A DNA stretch of 24,000 nucleotides from Acaryochloris marina S15 (GCF_018336915.1 NZ_CP064923.1:3465293-3489292), one strand, 5' to 3'; positions 1 through 10,584 are shown, counted from the first letter of the stretch. Made by a program: numbers and translations. The notes: a model not told the origin generated them from the sequence alone.

Positions 1-270
1 TCGCGAATTTTTCTCGTCCAAGCCATTCGCAGTGAGCAAGAGTCCTTGTTCAAAATGGGCGTAATAAGCAATAGACCTTTACTAGGAACGGTATTGCTGA
101 CCACAGGCCTGCAGCTATTGGTCCTCTACCATCCGATGTTTCAAAAAATCTTTGAAACCCAGCCTCTTTCTATGGTGGAGCTGCTGCTTTGCCTTGGAGT
201 TGCCAGTCTAGGTTTCTGGGCCGTTGAACTACAAAAATGGCGAATGCGGCGGACTTCTCGCCTGGGCTAA
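1..270 (+). CDS. C-terminal end of a P-type cation-transporting ATPase (type II, PacL/SERCA-like); the 5' part lies outside the window
   Basis: Frame 1 is open from nt 1 (SRIFLVQAIRSEQESLFKMGVISNRPLL...) and runs into tracked ORF 46..270. The pattern RSE..S.F..G...N.PLL......LQLLV.Y.P..Q.IF.T.PLS..E plus two hydrophobic helices matches the last TM segments of type II P-type ATPases. Stop TAA at 268-270. Confidence 0.7.
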   Translation, partial: SRIFLVQAIRSEQESLFKMGVISNRPLLGTVLLTTGLQLLVLYHPMFQKIFETQPLSMVELLLCLGVASLGFWAVELQKWRMRRTSRLG

Positions 271-1731
271 TTACTCAATCTGATGAATCTTGATAAAGTT
301 GGTGCCCCGCGGTTGTTGTGTGGGAATCCCGCCGATAATCAAAATTTTGTCACCCGATTTCACCAAGTTTTTCTCTAATAAACAGGTCTGAGCTTGGGAC
401 ACCAAATGCTCGAAGGATTCAACTTGATGATCAATCAAAATAGGCTTAACGCCCCAAACTAGGTTGAGACGATGGTAGACCTTCTCAAAGGGGGTTATGG
501 CAATCACCGGCGTACGGGGTCGCTCTCCAGCCGCCATCAGGGCGGTGTAGCCCGTGGAGGTAAAGGCAGCAATGCACTTCAAGGAGAGCACTTCTTGAAT
601 CGCACTGAGGGCCTCACTGAGAGCATGGGTCTCATCAAAACAGGCCGGTGGATTATTCACAAAGTTCAGATCGGGTTCCACGTCCGTGGCAATTCGGGCC
701 AGCATCTCCACCGCTTTGACGGGATATTGGCCCACAGCGGATTCCCCTGACAACATCACCGCATCGGTTCCGTCAATGATGGCATTAGCAACATCACTGG
801 CTTCAGCTCGGGTGGGTCGGGGGTTGCGAATCATGCTGTCCAGCATTTGGGTCGCCGTTACCACCGGGAGCTTGCGCTTATTGCAGGCGCGAATAATTTG
901 CTTTTGCAGTTTGGGTACTTTTTCAGCCCGCATTTCCACCCCTAAATCGCCTCGGGCCACCATCACTGCATCACTAGCATCTAGGATGGCTTCGAGATTT
1001 GCGATCGCATGGGGTTTCTCAATCTTTGCCATCACGGGCACATCTGCTGCCCCATGAGCCGCCAACACCTCTTTTAGGAGGTGAATGTCTGCCGCTCGGC
1101 GGACAAAGCTGAGGGAGACCCAATCCACGCCTTGGGAAAGGCCAAACTCCAAATCTTGCCGATCCTTGTCTGTTAGGGAGGGGAGCTGCAAATCTAAGCT
1201 AGGGAGATTGACGCCTTTGCGACTGCCTAAAATTCCGCCTTGAATAATTTGACAGTGGATTTGATCCTCTTCAACCTGTTCCACCCTTAATTCCAGCAAA
1301 CCGTCATCCATCAAAATCGGCGTTCCGGATTGGGCTTCTTTTGCTAAATAGGGATAGTCAATGGCAACGGTCCGGGGCTGGTTATGAAAATGCTCTTCTG
1401 CCACTAACGTCAACCGCTCCCCTGGGACTAACTTCATAGCCCCATCAGCAATCTGGCCCACCCGAATTTTAGGGCCTTGCAAATCTTGTAACAAGGTAAC
1501 GGGCGTATCTAGCTCTGCAGAAACAGATCGCAGCAGCTTCACCATTTGAGCATGCTGCTCATAGGTCCCATGGGAAAAGTTCAAGCGAGCCACATCCATT
1601 CCGGCTCTCACCATTTGGCGAATAATATCTGGAGAACTACTGGCCGGACCAATGGTAGCGACGATTTTTGTCCGGTGCGTAAGGGATGCAATCACAGTCG
1701 GTATTCTTCGGAAGTAAAGGCAATCCTTCAA
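271..1731 (-). CDS. pyk: pyruvate kinase
   Basis: 486-aa ORF with pyruvate kinase motifs [18 protein letters not shown] and [10 protein letters not shown]. The tracked start is TTG (1729-1731). GTG at 1693-1695 ([12 protein letters not shown]...) is an equally plausible start. Confidence 0.93.
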   Translation of the reverse strand: MKDCLYFRRIPTVIASLTHRTKIVATIGPASSSPDIIRQMVRAGMDVARLNFSHGTYEQHAQMVKLLRSVSAELDTPVTLLQDLQGPKIRVGQIADGAMKLVPGERLTLVAEEHFHNQPRTVAIDYPYLAKEAQSGTPILMDDGLLELRVEQVEEDQIHCQIIQGGILGSRKGVNLPSLDLQLPSLTDKDRQDLEFGLSQGVDWVSLSFVRRAADIHLLKEVLAAHGAADVPVMAKIEKPHAIANLEAILDASDAVMVARGDLGVEMRAEKVPKLQKQIIRACNKRKLPVVTATQMLDSMIRNPRPTRAEASDVANAIIDGTDAVMLSGESAVGQYPVKAVEMLARIATDVEPDLNFVNNPPACFDETHALSEALSAIQEVLSLKCIAAFTSTGYTALMAAGERPRTPVIAITPFEKVYHRLNLVWGVKPILIDHQVESFEHLVSQAQTCLLEKNLVKSGDKILIIGGIPTQQPRGTNFIKIHQIE

Positions 1732-2090
1732 CCATATCTTGAATAGATAACTGATCTAAAAAATTGCTTAGGAAAATCCTGTGATCAATAAACGTCCCTT
1801 AACGTATTAGGTGTTGAGCCGTTTTTGTCTCATCATCATAAACCGCACAACTTTGCAAAGGCTTTCTATCTCTACAGTCCCTTTAACGCCAAAAAGTCAG
1901 CATTTCTCAAATTAAATTTATCTTTGACCGCTTTATCTCTGTTTATCTATACCTAAACAGAAATTAAGTTCCGGGTAGAAGATTTGATGGTCAGATCTAT
2001 AGCTCTAGCAACAGGAACACGATTTCATCCTGTGAGGGCGATAGGACTGGCTACGAGATATCTGATTTTCGCTGCATGAATAGGGCCTAA

Positions 2091-3167
<1,077 letters not shown>

Positions 3168-3193
3168 TCTATTCGCCCTTTATCTGCACTCCC

Positions 3194-3895
3194 TTAACCG
3201 ATGGTTGGGGGAGTGCTTTTGTTGGGGACGAGTAATTCTTCAGCTCGCTGGCGTCGTCGTTTTTGCCATAGTCTGGCAAGGGCTCGAATACTTCGCAAAA
3301 ATCGATCTTTTTCGACGGCGGTTAATTGAGTCTGCTGCCAGGCTGGTCTAACCATTAGCGCCTTAAGCCAGTTTTGTAATCGTGGCAGCTGGTCCAAGGA
3401 AAATCCCAAGTCACACACGACGGGGACTAACGATCCCGCCACAATATCTGCCAAACTCAGGTGATCGCCACCAAAATAAGGCCCTTCGAGCAGTCCTTCA
3501 AAGATATTCAGAGCCGTCATCGCTCGATGCTTGGCATAAACTTGCTGGTCTGGCTTTTTCATTAAGCATTCCCCAATCGCCGGGATCAGTTCATTGGTAG
3601 TAATCATTTGCACCTGCCGCACCTTAGCAACTGCCTGGGCAGATTCTGGCAGCAATTTAGGTTGGGGATATTGCAGGTTTAAATAATCCAAAATGGCTTG
3701 GGACTCTGTCACTGTCAAGTCATTGTCCACCAGTACCGGAATCCGACAAAAGGGGTTGAGAGCCCTGAATTCAGGCGTGAATTGATCGCCCCCCATATTG
3801 ACGACGATCGGATCAAACGCTAAGCCCTTTTCAATCAGTGTGATCCAAACCGGACGGCTGAAGAGGGAGGGTTTGGCATAATAAAATGAAATCAT
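3194..3895 (-). CDS. glutathione S-transferase family protein with a basic C-terminal tail
   Basis: 233-aa ORF with a thioredoxin-like N-domain. It has the GST G-site pattern ...NPFCRIPVLVDNDLTVTESQAILDYL (cis-Pro followed by ES). The helical C-domain ends in an Arg/Lys-rich tail (WQKRRRQRAEE). Confidence 0.8.
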   Translation of the reverse strand: MISFYYAKPSLFSRPVWITLIEKGLAFDPIVVNMGGDQFTPEFRALNPFCRIPVLVDNDLTVTESQAILDYLNLQYPQPKLLPESAQAVAKVRQVQMITTNELIPAIGECLMKKPDQQVYAKHRAMTALNIFEGLLEGPYFGGDHLSLADIVAGSLVPVVCDLGFSLDQLPRLQNWLKALMVRPAWQQTQLTAVEKDRFLRSIRALARLWQKRRRQRAEELLVPNKSTPPTIG

Positions 3896-4029
3896 AGCTA
3901 TACAGAACGAACGATCGTACTAAATATATGTCAATCTATACCCTGACTTCAACCCCAACACTAGAAATCTTTCACAGCTCGAATTTAGCCGTCTTGGGCT
4001 TGACTCATAAAGTCACTAAACAGCCTCAT

Positions 4030-4067
4030 AACGAAGAAGGGCTTGCCTTGGGCAAGCCCTTCTTCGT
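4030..4067 (-). terminator. 38-bp perfect palindrome (18-bp arms aacgaagaagggcttgcc / ggcaagcccttcttcgtt); likely intrinsic terminator downstream of the cytochrome c gene
   Basis: Arms 4030-4047 and 4050-4067 are exact reverse complements around a central tt. The element lies 23 nt after the stop of the 4090..4665 (-) gene and before the GST gene. No clean U-tract follows on either strand. Confidence 0.5.
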
Positions 4068-4089
4068 TAAATTCAATCATGCAAATGGA

Positions 4090-4665
4090 CTATTGCGTCC
4101 ACTCAGGACTTAGCTGACGGAAGTTGAGTTGGGACACGCCAGGATGGCACCGAACACAAGTGTCAGGGGTGACTGGTTCAGCAAAATCAACGCCAGGATG
4201 CAATACCTTAAAAAATACAGAACGTCTAACTTGATAGGGAATGGGGCGAAGACCATCTTCTCTCATCGGTCGAGAGAAGAAGCTGAGATATGCCCAGGTA
4301 TCAGTGAGTTCCGGATTCTTAAACGGGGGCAACACTACGCCGTAATGGTTGGTGTCCGGTAAGAGGGCCTGCCATGTTTGGCTCGGTAATACTTGCGGGG
4401 GTAAAGCGACATGGCACGTTCCACAGCGTTGTTGATAGAGCTGTTCGCCTCGCTTGAGCTGAGGAGGGACTGGATCAACGTCTCCGATAGCTTCTGTGGT
4501 CGGCAGAGATTCTGAGACTTGGGCTAATGGAGCAGTCTCAAGGGCCACAGAGGTTTGGATTTGAGATAATCCCCATCCCAGCACGCAACTCCATAGACTT
4601 AATAAAAAAATGAGGCCCCAGATTGAGCGTCGTCGTTTTCTTCTCAGTTTGATCATTTTGGACAT
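4090..4665 (-). CDS. membrane-anchored diheme c-type cytochrome (DHC-like)
   Basis: Two heme-binding CxxCH motifs (CGTCH and CVRCH). The N-terminus MSKMIKLRRKRRRSIWGLIFLLSLWSCVLGWGL is a basic stretch followed by a hydrophobic anchor or signal. Confidence 0.75.
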   Translation of the reverse strand: MSKMIKLRRKRRRSIWGLIFLLSLWSCVLGWGLSQIQTSVALETAPLAQVSESLPTTEAIGDVDPVPPQLKRGEQLYQQRCGTCHVALPPQVLPSQTWQALLPDTNHYGVVLPPFKNPELTDTWAYLSFFSRPMREDGLRPIPYQVRRSVFFKVLHPGVDFAEPVTPDTCVRCHPGVSQLNFRQLSPEWTQ

Positions 4666-4738
4666 TGCCTTTCACCACCTAATTTAGATTCAGAAGTTTG
4701 GGTCAATGTTCCATTACCTGACATTGTTCAGGGCACAG

Positions 4739-7354
4739 TTATACCACAACGCTGGTTCCAGAGCCTCTCACTAAAATGATGGTCGCCTCTGTCCCTTGAG
4801 CAATGGCTAGGGGAATATTTCCTTTGAGTGCTTGGTGGACTAACCCGGTTGGACTGGCGCCAATAACGATGATGTCTGTCTGTTGGAGCCTTGCCAGTTC
4901 CACAATAGCGTCTGCCACATTTTGAGCACAAATTTGTGTACTTTTGACCGTGCTATCAGGACAGGCCTGCTTGAGAAACTGTGAGTAGTGATCGAGAATG
5001 CTGGGGTCGGGTAGGTCACTACTGGGGGGATAAACTTGAAATAATTTCAGATTGGGTGACTTGCTGATAGGAACTAGGGCTGGAAGGAGTTGAATCGCTT
5101 GTTGAACATTCGGTCCTCCGGACACCGGAATGAGCCACCGTTGATTTTTGCCCATATTGAAATGGGTGGCAGGTCTAATCACTAAGACTTGGCTTTTAGC
5201 CTGTTGAAGAATTGTTCGAACCGTAGGATTGCCAATTTGTCCACCAGAGAAAAATTGCCCTTGCCACCCCATGAGCAGGAGGTTGATATGTTCGGTCTGT
5301 TCGGCTTCTAAAATGGCTTGAGCCACGTCCTGAGCCACGATGACTTGGGTATGAACAGACACCTGATGGCGTTGGCCATACCGAACAGCCCTTTGCAGGA
5401 TTCGCCGACTTTTTGTGGTTTGGACTGGGGTCTCGGCCGGTAAACGATTACGGGGTAGATGGATAATGTGCAGGCACTCTAGCTCATAGTTGAGGGATTG
5501 GGCCATGGCTACTGCAACTTTTAGGAGCGTTTCAGCTGTGTCAGGATTCGCTAGGGGTAGGAGAATTCGCCCTTCGCCGGTAGCTGGCCCTCGGGTTAGA
5601 TAGACCCCATAGGATGGGGCAAAAGCCTGATTATCTTGTTGCTTCTGGCCTGAAATGTGATCAAATTCGGCGTGAATAATATCAGCACGGGTAATAATAC
5701 CAATCAGTTTGCGTCCATCTAATACGGGTAGGCGACTGATATGGGAGCGATTCAGAATATAAAGGACATCTGACAAGGAGGCCGTGGGACTGACGGTTAA
5801 GGGCTGGGGCGTCATTACATCCCGGATTAATGTATCGCCCGGTTTCTGTTGTTGTGTGACTCGGTTGAGATCAGTGCGGCTCAAGATCCCCACTAACCGT
5901 CGATCTTCGAGGATGGGAAAGCCACGATGGTGAGAGCGGGAAAAAATCTTTCGGGCTGCATCTAAGGGCAGATCGCTCGGTAACGTTTCGACTTGCCGCT
6001 GCATAATATCTTCTGCTGTCAGAGCATCTAACATGCGTTGGGCAGAGGGAGATGCATTCTGTAGTTGAATCCCCTGTTGCTTTAGCAGCAAGTCATAAAT
6101 AGAACTTTGATTGACTTGCTCAGCGGTTAGATAGGCCACTACAGAGCTAATCATCAGGGGGAGAACAAGGTTAAAATCCTGGGTGATTTCAAAAATAATC
6201 ACGATCCCAGTGAAAGGGACGCGGCTAACGGCCCCAAAGAACGCCCCCATGCCCACAAACGCGTAGGTGGTGGGTAAACCAGCCCCTAGTAGTTGAGCCT
6301 GCCCTAAGCCGACTAAATTACCTAAGGCTGCCCCCATGACTAGACTGGGGGCAAATAATCCCCCTGGAGCCCCTGATCCATAGGCAATCAGGGTTAATCC
6401 AAACTGGACCATGAAGGCCGTTAGGGCCAACTGCCAACCCAGATCTCCTAGTCCCAATAACCCCCTAAGCCCCGTATTATCCTGAAAAATGCTGGGGAGT
6501 TGGCCAATGATGCCTCCACAAATCCCCCCTGCCAAGCCAATTCGCCAGGGTAATCCGAGGAACGTGAGGCGGCGATTCAGATCAACACTAAGAAGTAGGC
6601 CTCGGTTGAACAAGGCTCCAAATCCTCCTGCCAAAATCCCCAACAGGATAAAGAAAGGAATTTCTGGAACAGAGAAGCTGGTGGAAGTTGTCACCTGCTC
6701 AAAGCTGATGGATAGGTTCTGCCCTCCCAAGACATGGGCAACAACCGCACCAATAAAGGAGGACAGAATGGCGGTCCCTAGGGTTAATCCAGATAAATCA
6801 TGTAACAACTCCTCGACAATAAAGAGGACCCCAGCGATGGGAGCCGCAAACCCTGCTGCGAGTCCCGCCCCTGCACCTGCTGCAATCATCTGTTGGCGGT
6901 GGTTGGGAGCTGTTGGAAACCAGTAGCTAAGTTGAGCGGCCAGGGCAGCGCCTAATTGAACGGTGGGCCCTTGCCGACCTAAGGGCAATCCTGTGCCCAG
7001 AACTGTAATGCCACTGATCAGCTTGACCAGCGCTACTTGCCAATTGAGGGCAATGGGAAATTGTGCCAGTGCAGCCTTCACTTGCGGGATACCACTCCCC
7101 TTCGCATCCGGGGCGATGGTTTCAATCAGCAAACCTGCGATAAAACCACCGATAAAACCAATTAACGGCAACATCAAAGGGGAATGAAACTGGTTGGCAA
7201 AGTAGATGCGCAACCCACCTAACCACCCAATCCCATCCTGTAAGGCGACTGCTGCTAAACCAGAAATAAGACCAATCAGACAGGCTTCAATAATGGCAAA
7301 GCGACTGGATTGAGTGAGGTGGCGCAGGGGCTGAAATGCCGAGATTAGCTTCAT
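4739..7354 (-). CDS. ClC-family chloride channel/transporter fused to a CBS pair and two universal stress protein (USP) domains
   Basis: 871 aa. The ClC selectivity motifs are GSGIPQ, GRQGPTVQ (normally GREGP) and GGLFAPS. Residues about 447-565 form two CBS repeats (HHRGFPILEDRRLVGILSRTDL, ISRLPVLDGRKLIGIITRADI). Residues about 596-871 form two USP-like alpha/beta units (ILLPLANPDTAE...LLLMGW; WLIPVSGGPNV...IIVIGAS). Confidence 0.9.
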   Translation of the reverse strand: MKLISAFQPLRHLTQSSRFAIIEACLIGLISGLAAVALQDGIGWLGGLRIYFANQFHSPLMLPLIGFIGGFIAGLLIETIAPDAKGSGIPQVKAALAQFPIALNWQVALVKLISGITVLGTGLPLGRQGPTVQLGAALAAQLSYWFPTAPNHRQQMIAAGAGAGLAAGFAAPIAGVLFIVEELLHDLSGLTLGTAILSSFIGAVVAHVLGGQNLSISFEQVTTSTSFSVPEIPFFILLGILAGGFGALFNRGLLLSVDLNRRLTFLGLPWRIGLAGGICGGIIGQLPSIFQDNTGLRGLLGLGDLGWQLALTAFMVQFGLTLIAYGSGAPGGLFAPSLVMGAALGNLVGLGQAQLLGAGLPTTYAFVGMGAFFGAVSRVPFTGIVIIFEITQDFNLVLPLMISSVVAYLTAEQVNQSSIYDLLLKQQGIQLQNASPSAQRMLDALTAEDIMQRQVETLPSDLPLDAARKIFSRSHHRGFPILEDRRLVGILSRTDLNRVTQQQKPGDTLIRDVMTPQPLTVSPTASLSDVLYILNRSHISRLPVLDGRKLIGIITRADIIHAEFDHISGQKQQDNQAFAPSYGVYLTRGPATGEGRILLPLANPDTAETLLKVAVAMAQSLNYELECLHIIHLPRNRLPAETPVQTTKSRRILQRAVRYGQRHQVSVHTQVIVAQDVAQAILEAEQTEHINLLLMGWQGQFFSGGQIGNPTVRTILQQAKSQVLVIRPATHFNMGKNQRWLIPVSGGPNVQQAIQLLPALVPISKSPNLKLFQVYPPSSDLPDPSILDHYSQFLKQACPDSTVKSTQICAQNVADAIVELARLQQTDIIVIGASPTGLVHQALKGNIPLAIAQGTEATIILVRGSGTSVVV

Positions 7355-7620
7355 AGAGAGACGCCTAGAAGCCTTTGTTTAATTAGAAGATGGTCTGGGC
7401 AGAAATACGTGCGGCGGAATCGTAGTTTGAGATTAGAAAACGCTGGGGGTGGATAGGATGCGATCGCATCTTCCGTATCATCACTACGTCTAACCAAAAA
7501 CCACATCCTATAGGTGTAATAAGTTGTGATGGGCAGGGTGTTGCCGGAAGGCTAAAGAACAGTCCACATGACGCTTTGTGGAACCACTTCACAGCAACCT
7601 ACCTCATCTTACCTTGGCCC

Positions 7621-8526
7621 CTAGCTTTGATCGGCATCCCGTCGCTGCAAAGGATTGAAGAACTCACTCAGGCCTTCACTGGCAAGGGATAATCCCACCG
7701 ATAATGAGGCCATGGCCAAGCCAGGGAATAGGGTTGTCCACCAAACTTCCCCAGTGAATCCTTCCAAAGCAACTTTTAAGTCATATCCCCATTCTGGGAT
7801 TTCAGCAGGCAAACCTAGCCCCAAGAAACCCAGAGCACCCAAGGTTAAAACTGAGTCCGCTGCATTTAAGGAAAACAAGACAGGCACACTCTGAATCACA
7901 TTGCCGAATAGATATCGAGTAATAATTCGCCACGGAGAAGCCCCCAAAGCTCTAGCTGCCTCCATAAACAGCTCTGTCTTAATGCTGACGGTATGATTGC
8001 GAACCACGCGATAGTACTTGGGAATATAGGCCACTCCCAACGCAGCAGCAGCACTCGGAACCCCTCGTGCTGCCTCACCAATAGAAAAAGACAAAGTTAC
8101 GGCGATCAGTAAACCAGGTATGGCATAAATCGAATCCATTAAGAAGAGTAAAATTCGATCCACCCAGCCCCCAAGGTATCCACTGACTAGCCCCAAAATA
8201 ACGCCAAAGACAACACTAAATAAGGTTGCTGCTACCACAACTTGCAGCGCTGCCCGAGCACCATAAACCGTCCGAGCAAATACGTCATACCCAAGTTTGT
8301 CTGTTCCAAACCAATGTTCACCTGAAGGCGCACTATGGGGAATATTGTCAAGAATGCTGGTGGGGGTTGGATCTTGAATCCAATCCCACTGCTGTAGGGA
8401 TGGAGCCATTAGAGCAATTATGATGAAAAAGAGAGTAATAAGAATGCCTGTAATCATTAACCAGACTGAAAGACTGGCATGGCGTGGAAACTGCAGAAAA
8501 CGGGGCCAAACTTTAGTAGGAGTCAT
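7621..8526 (-). CDS. ABC transporter permease, DppC/OppC/NikC-like (peptide/nickel family)
   Basis: 301 aa and multi-TM. It has the EAA-type cytoplasmic loop EAARALGASPWRIITRYLFGNV typical of binding-protein-dependent permeases. No partner permease, ATPase or binding-protein gene is adjacent. Confidence 0.85.
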   Translation of the reverse strand: MTPTKVWPRFLQFPRHASLSVWLMITGILITLFFIIIALMAPSLQQWDWIQDPTPTSILDNIPHSAPSGEHWFGTDKLGYDVFARTVYGARAALQVVVAATLFSVVFGVILGLVSGYLGGWVDRILLFLMDSIYAIPGLLIAVTLSFSIGEAARGVPSAAAALGVAYIPKYYRVVRNHTVSIKTELFMEAARALGASPWRIITRYLFGNVIQSVPVLFSLNAADSVLTLGALGFLGLGLPAEIPEWGYDLKVALEGFTGEVWWTTLFPGLAMASLSVGLSLASEGLSEFFNPLQRRDADQS

Positions 8527-8709
8527 TGGCGAAAGAGAATAGGGATAAAGAATTCACAACAATTGATGCAGAATATGAGAGGAATGTTACAAAAGTTCTG
8601 ATTTTTTGGCCGGTTTTAGGGTACACTCTAGACCACATTCCCCTGCAAATTTTTGGTGTGGTGTAGGCCATTGAATACTCTTAAAACCGTTTCTTCCCCC
8701 GTTAGCATA

Positions 8710-10005
8710 GTGGATCAGTCTGTTTCGACCAAAGCACACTCGTCGATCCTTGAGGTATGGGGGGGGACGCCACTTCAAGGTAAAGTCAAAATTAGTGGAG
8801 CCAAAAACTCCGCCCTCGTGCTGATGGCCGGAGCACTCCTATGTTCAGAACCCTGTCGTTTACGGAATGTTCCATCTCTTGCTGACATTCAAGGAATGGC
8901 CAAAATTCTCAAAACCTTAGGCGTCAAAATTAAGCAAGACAACGATGTTTTAGATCTGGATCCGACCCATATCACTACAACGGATGCCCCCTACGAACTC
9001 GTCAGTAAGCTAAGAGCCAGCTTCTTTGCCATTGGTCCTTTACTCGCTCGTATGGGCGTTGCCAAAGTTCCCTTACCTGGCGGCTGTGCAATCGGTGCAA
9101 GACCCGTAGAAATTCACGTTCGGGGCCTGAAGCAACTCGGAGCCGAAGTTTACATTGAACATGGTGTCGTCCATGCCTATGCTTCTAAGCTCAAAGGGGC
9201 CAAGATTTACCTCGATTATCCCAGTGTAGGGGCAACCGAAACCCTGATGATGGCGGCAACTCTAGCTGAGGGTGAAACCATTTTGGACAACGCGGCCCAG
9301 GAGCCTGAAGTTGCAGACTTAGCTAATTTCTGTATCTCCATGGGAGCCAAAATCACGGGGGCGGGCACCAAAACGATTACCATTTCCGGCGTCCCTAAAC
9401 TGCACAGCACCGATTACAACATTGTGCCGGATCGGATTGAAGCAGGCACATTTTTGATGGCGGGAGCCATTACCCATTCTGATATTCTCCTGGCACCCGT
9501 CGTTCCTGACCACTTGACTGCAGTCATTGCCAAGCTCAGGTCTATCGGATTTAAATTGACAGCAGATGCCCAACAAGGTTTGCGGATTCAGTCCAAAGGT
9601 GTTCATGCAGGGACCGAGATCGAAACCCTTCCTTATCCTGGTTTCCCCACCGATATGCAGTCTATTTTCATGGCACTACTGACCTTAAGTGAAGGAAACA
9701 GTGTTGTGACTGAAACAGTATTTGAGAACCGTTTGGGTCATGTCCCTGAATTGGTCAGAATGGGGGCTGATATTCGAGTTAAGGGCAACATCGCCGTTAT
9801 TCATGGTGTGCCATTCTTGTCAGGAGCACCGGTAACAGGCACTGACTTGCGAGCCACAGCAGCATTAGTGGTTGCCGCCCTAGCAGCTAAAGGTAAAACC
9901 AGTATTGAAGGGCTACAGCACCTTGATCGGGGCTATTCGGACTTTGAAGAGAAGTTACGCGGCTTAGGCGCCAGAATCGAGCGAGTTCCTGCTCCCACCC
10001 CCTAA
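8710..10005 (+). CDS. murA: UDP-N-acetylglucosamine 1-carboxyvinyltransferase
   Basis: Carries [23 protein letters not shown] and the active-site loop [15 protein letters not shown]. The tracked ORF opens at TTG 8653. GTG 8710 gives an N-terminal extension of the length usual for MurA, but the start remains uncertain. Confidence 0.9.
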   Translation: MDQSVSTKAHSSILEVWGGTPLQGKVKISGAKNSALVLMAGALLCSEPCRLRNVPSLADIQGMAKILKTLGVKIKQDNDVLDLDPTHITTTDAPYELVSKLRASFFAIGPLLARMGVAKVPLPGGCAIGARPVEIHVRGLKQLGAEVYIEHGVVHAYASKLKGAKIYLDYPSVGATETLMMAATLAEGETILDNAAQEPEVADLANFCISMGAKITGAGTKTITISGVPKLHSTDYNIVPDRIEAGTFLMAGAITHSDILLAPVVPDHLTAVIAKLRSIGFKLTADAQQGLRIQSKGVHAGTEIETLPYPGFPTDMQSIFMALLTLSEGNSVVTETVFENRLGHVPELVRMGADIRVKGNIAVIHGVPFLSGAPVTGTDLRATAALVVAALAAKGKTSIEGLQHLDRGYSDFEEKLRGLGARIERVPAPTP

Positions 10006-10020
10006 ATTGTTTTCGATCTG

Positions 10021-10076
10021 AACCAAAGTCCCAGCCCCAAGATATTCATTTCTTTTAGGCTAGGACTTTGGTTTTT
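10021..10076 (+). terminator. rho-independent terminator downstream of murA, between convergent genes
   Basis: Arms aaccaaagtcccag (10021-10034) and ctaggactttggtt (10060-10073) pair with one mismatch and are followed by a T run (ggttttt). The loop is long, about 25 nt. Confidence 0.5.
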
Positions 10077-10106
10077 GACTTCAATGACTTTGAATTGAGA
10101 TGGGCT

Positions 10107-10568
10107 TCAGGCTCTCTCAACACCAATATCCTCATACCAAAGTTGAGGGGTTCCGTTAATGAACGCCTGCATCATTTGGTAACACTGGGGATGGTCTAGG
10201 ACTGTAACCTGAACGCCACGAGATTTCAGCCAGACTTCTTCTCCCATAAAGGTTCGATTTTCACCTATAACGACATGGGGAATTTTGTAGAGTAAAATAG
10301 CGCCTGTACACATGCTGCACGGCGACAATGTGGTGTATAAAGTGACGTCTTGGTAAAACGTGGCAGGTTGACGGCCCAGAGTTTCCAAAGCACTCATCTC
10401 TGCATGCAAAATTGCACTACCTTGTTGAACCCTGAGGTTATGGCCTCGGCCAACAATGCTCCCACCCTTAACCACAACAGATCCAATGGGGATACCTCCA
10501 GCAGCTAATCCCAACTGGGCTTCTTGGATGGCTGCATCCATAAATGAATCTGAATTCATCTGCTCCAA
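10107..10568 (-). CDS. cytosine deaminase of the CMP/dCMP zinc-deaminase fold (yeast Fcy1-like)
   Basis: 153 aa with zinc motifs HAEMSALE and PCSMCTGAI. The stretch TLYTTLSPCSMCTGAILLYKIPHVVIGEN...W.EDIG closely follows what I recall of yeast Fcy1 (TLYTTLSPCDMCTGAIIMYGIPRCVVGEN...WFEDIGE). It starts 16 nt after the gatB stop. Confidence 0.75.
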   Translation of the reverse strand: MEQMNSDSFMDAAIQEAQLGLAAGGIPIGSVVVKGGSIVGRGHNLRVQQGSAILHAEMSALETLGRQPATFYQDVTLYTTLSPCSMCTGAILLYKIPHVVIGENRTFMGEEVWLKSRGVQVTVLDHPQCYQMMQAFINGTPQLWYEDIGVERA

Positions 10569-10584
10569 TGAGTAATATTCGGAC

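Noticed and set aside
3928-4113. 61-aa + strand ORF between the GST and cytochrome c genes
   Set aside because: It reads straight through the 38-bp perfect palindrome (4030-4067) that is better explained as a terminator hairpin. It also overlaps the 3' end of the cytochrome gene.
6489-6926. 145-aa + strand ORF inside the ClC gene (also 6963..7187, 472..750, 686..1057, 11281..11773 and 17482..17853 inside other genes)
   Set aside because: These are antisense shadow ORFs within strongly supported conserved genes. They show Pro/Arg/Ala-rich low-complexity translations and no recognisable motifs.
7355-7620. A fluoride (crcB-motif) riboswitch or other leader RNA upstream of the ClC gene, and the 69-aa ORF 7383..7592 (-)
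   Set aside because: Reading the minus strand of the 266-nt leader, I could not find the conserved fluoride-riboswitch elements (GGnGAUG...CCUAC-type pseudoknot core). The protein is a large CBS/USP-fused ClC, not a ClC-F type. The 69-aa ORF has no RBS, has Cys/Trp-rich odd composition and overlaps a HIP1 palindrome.
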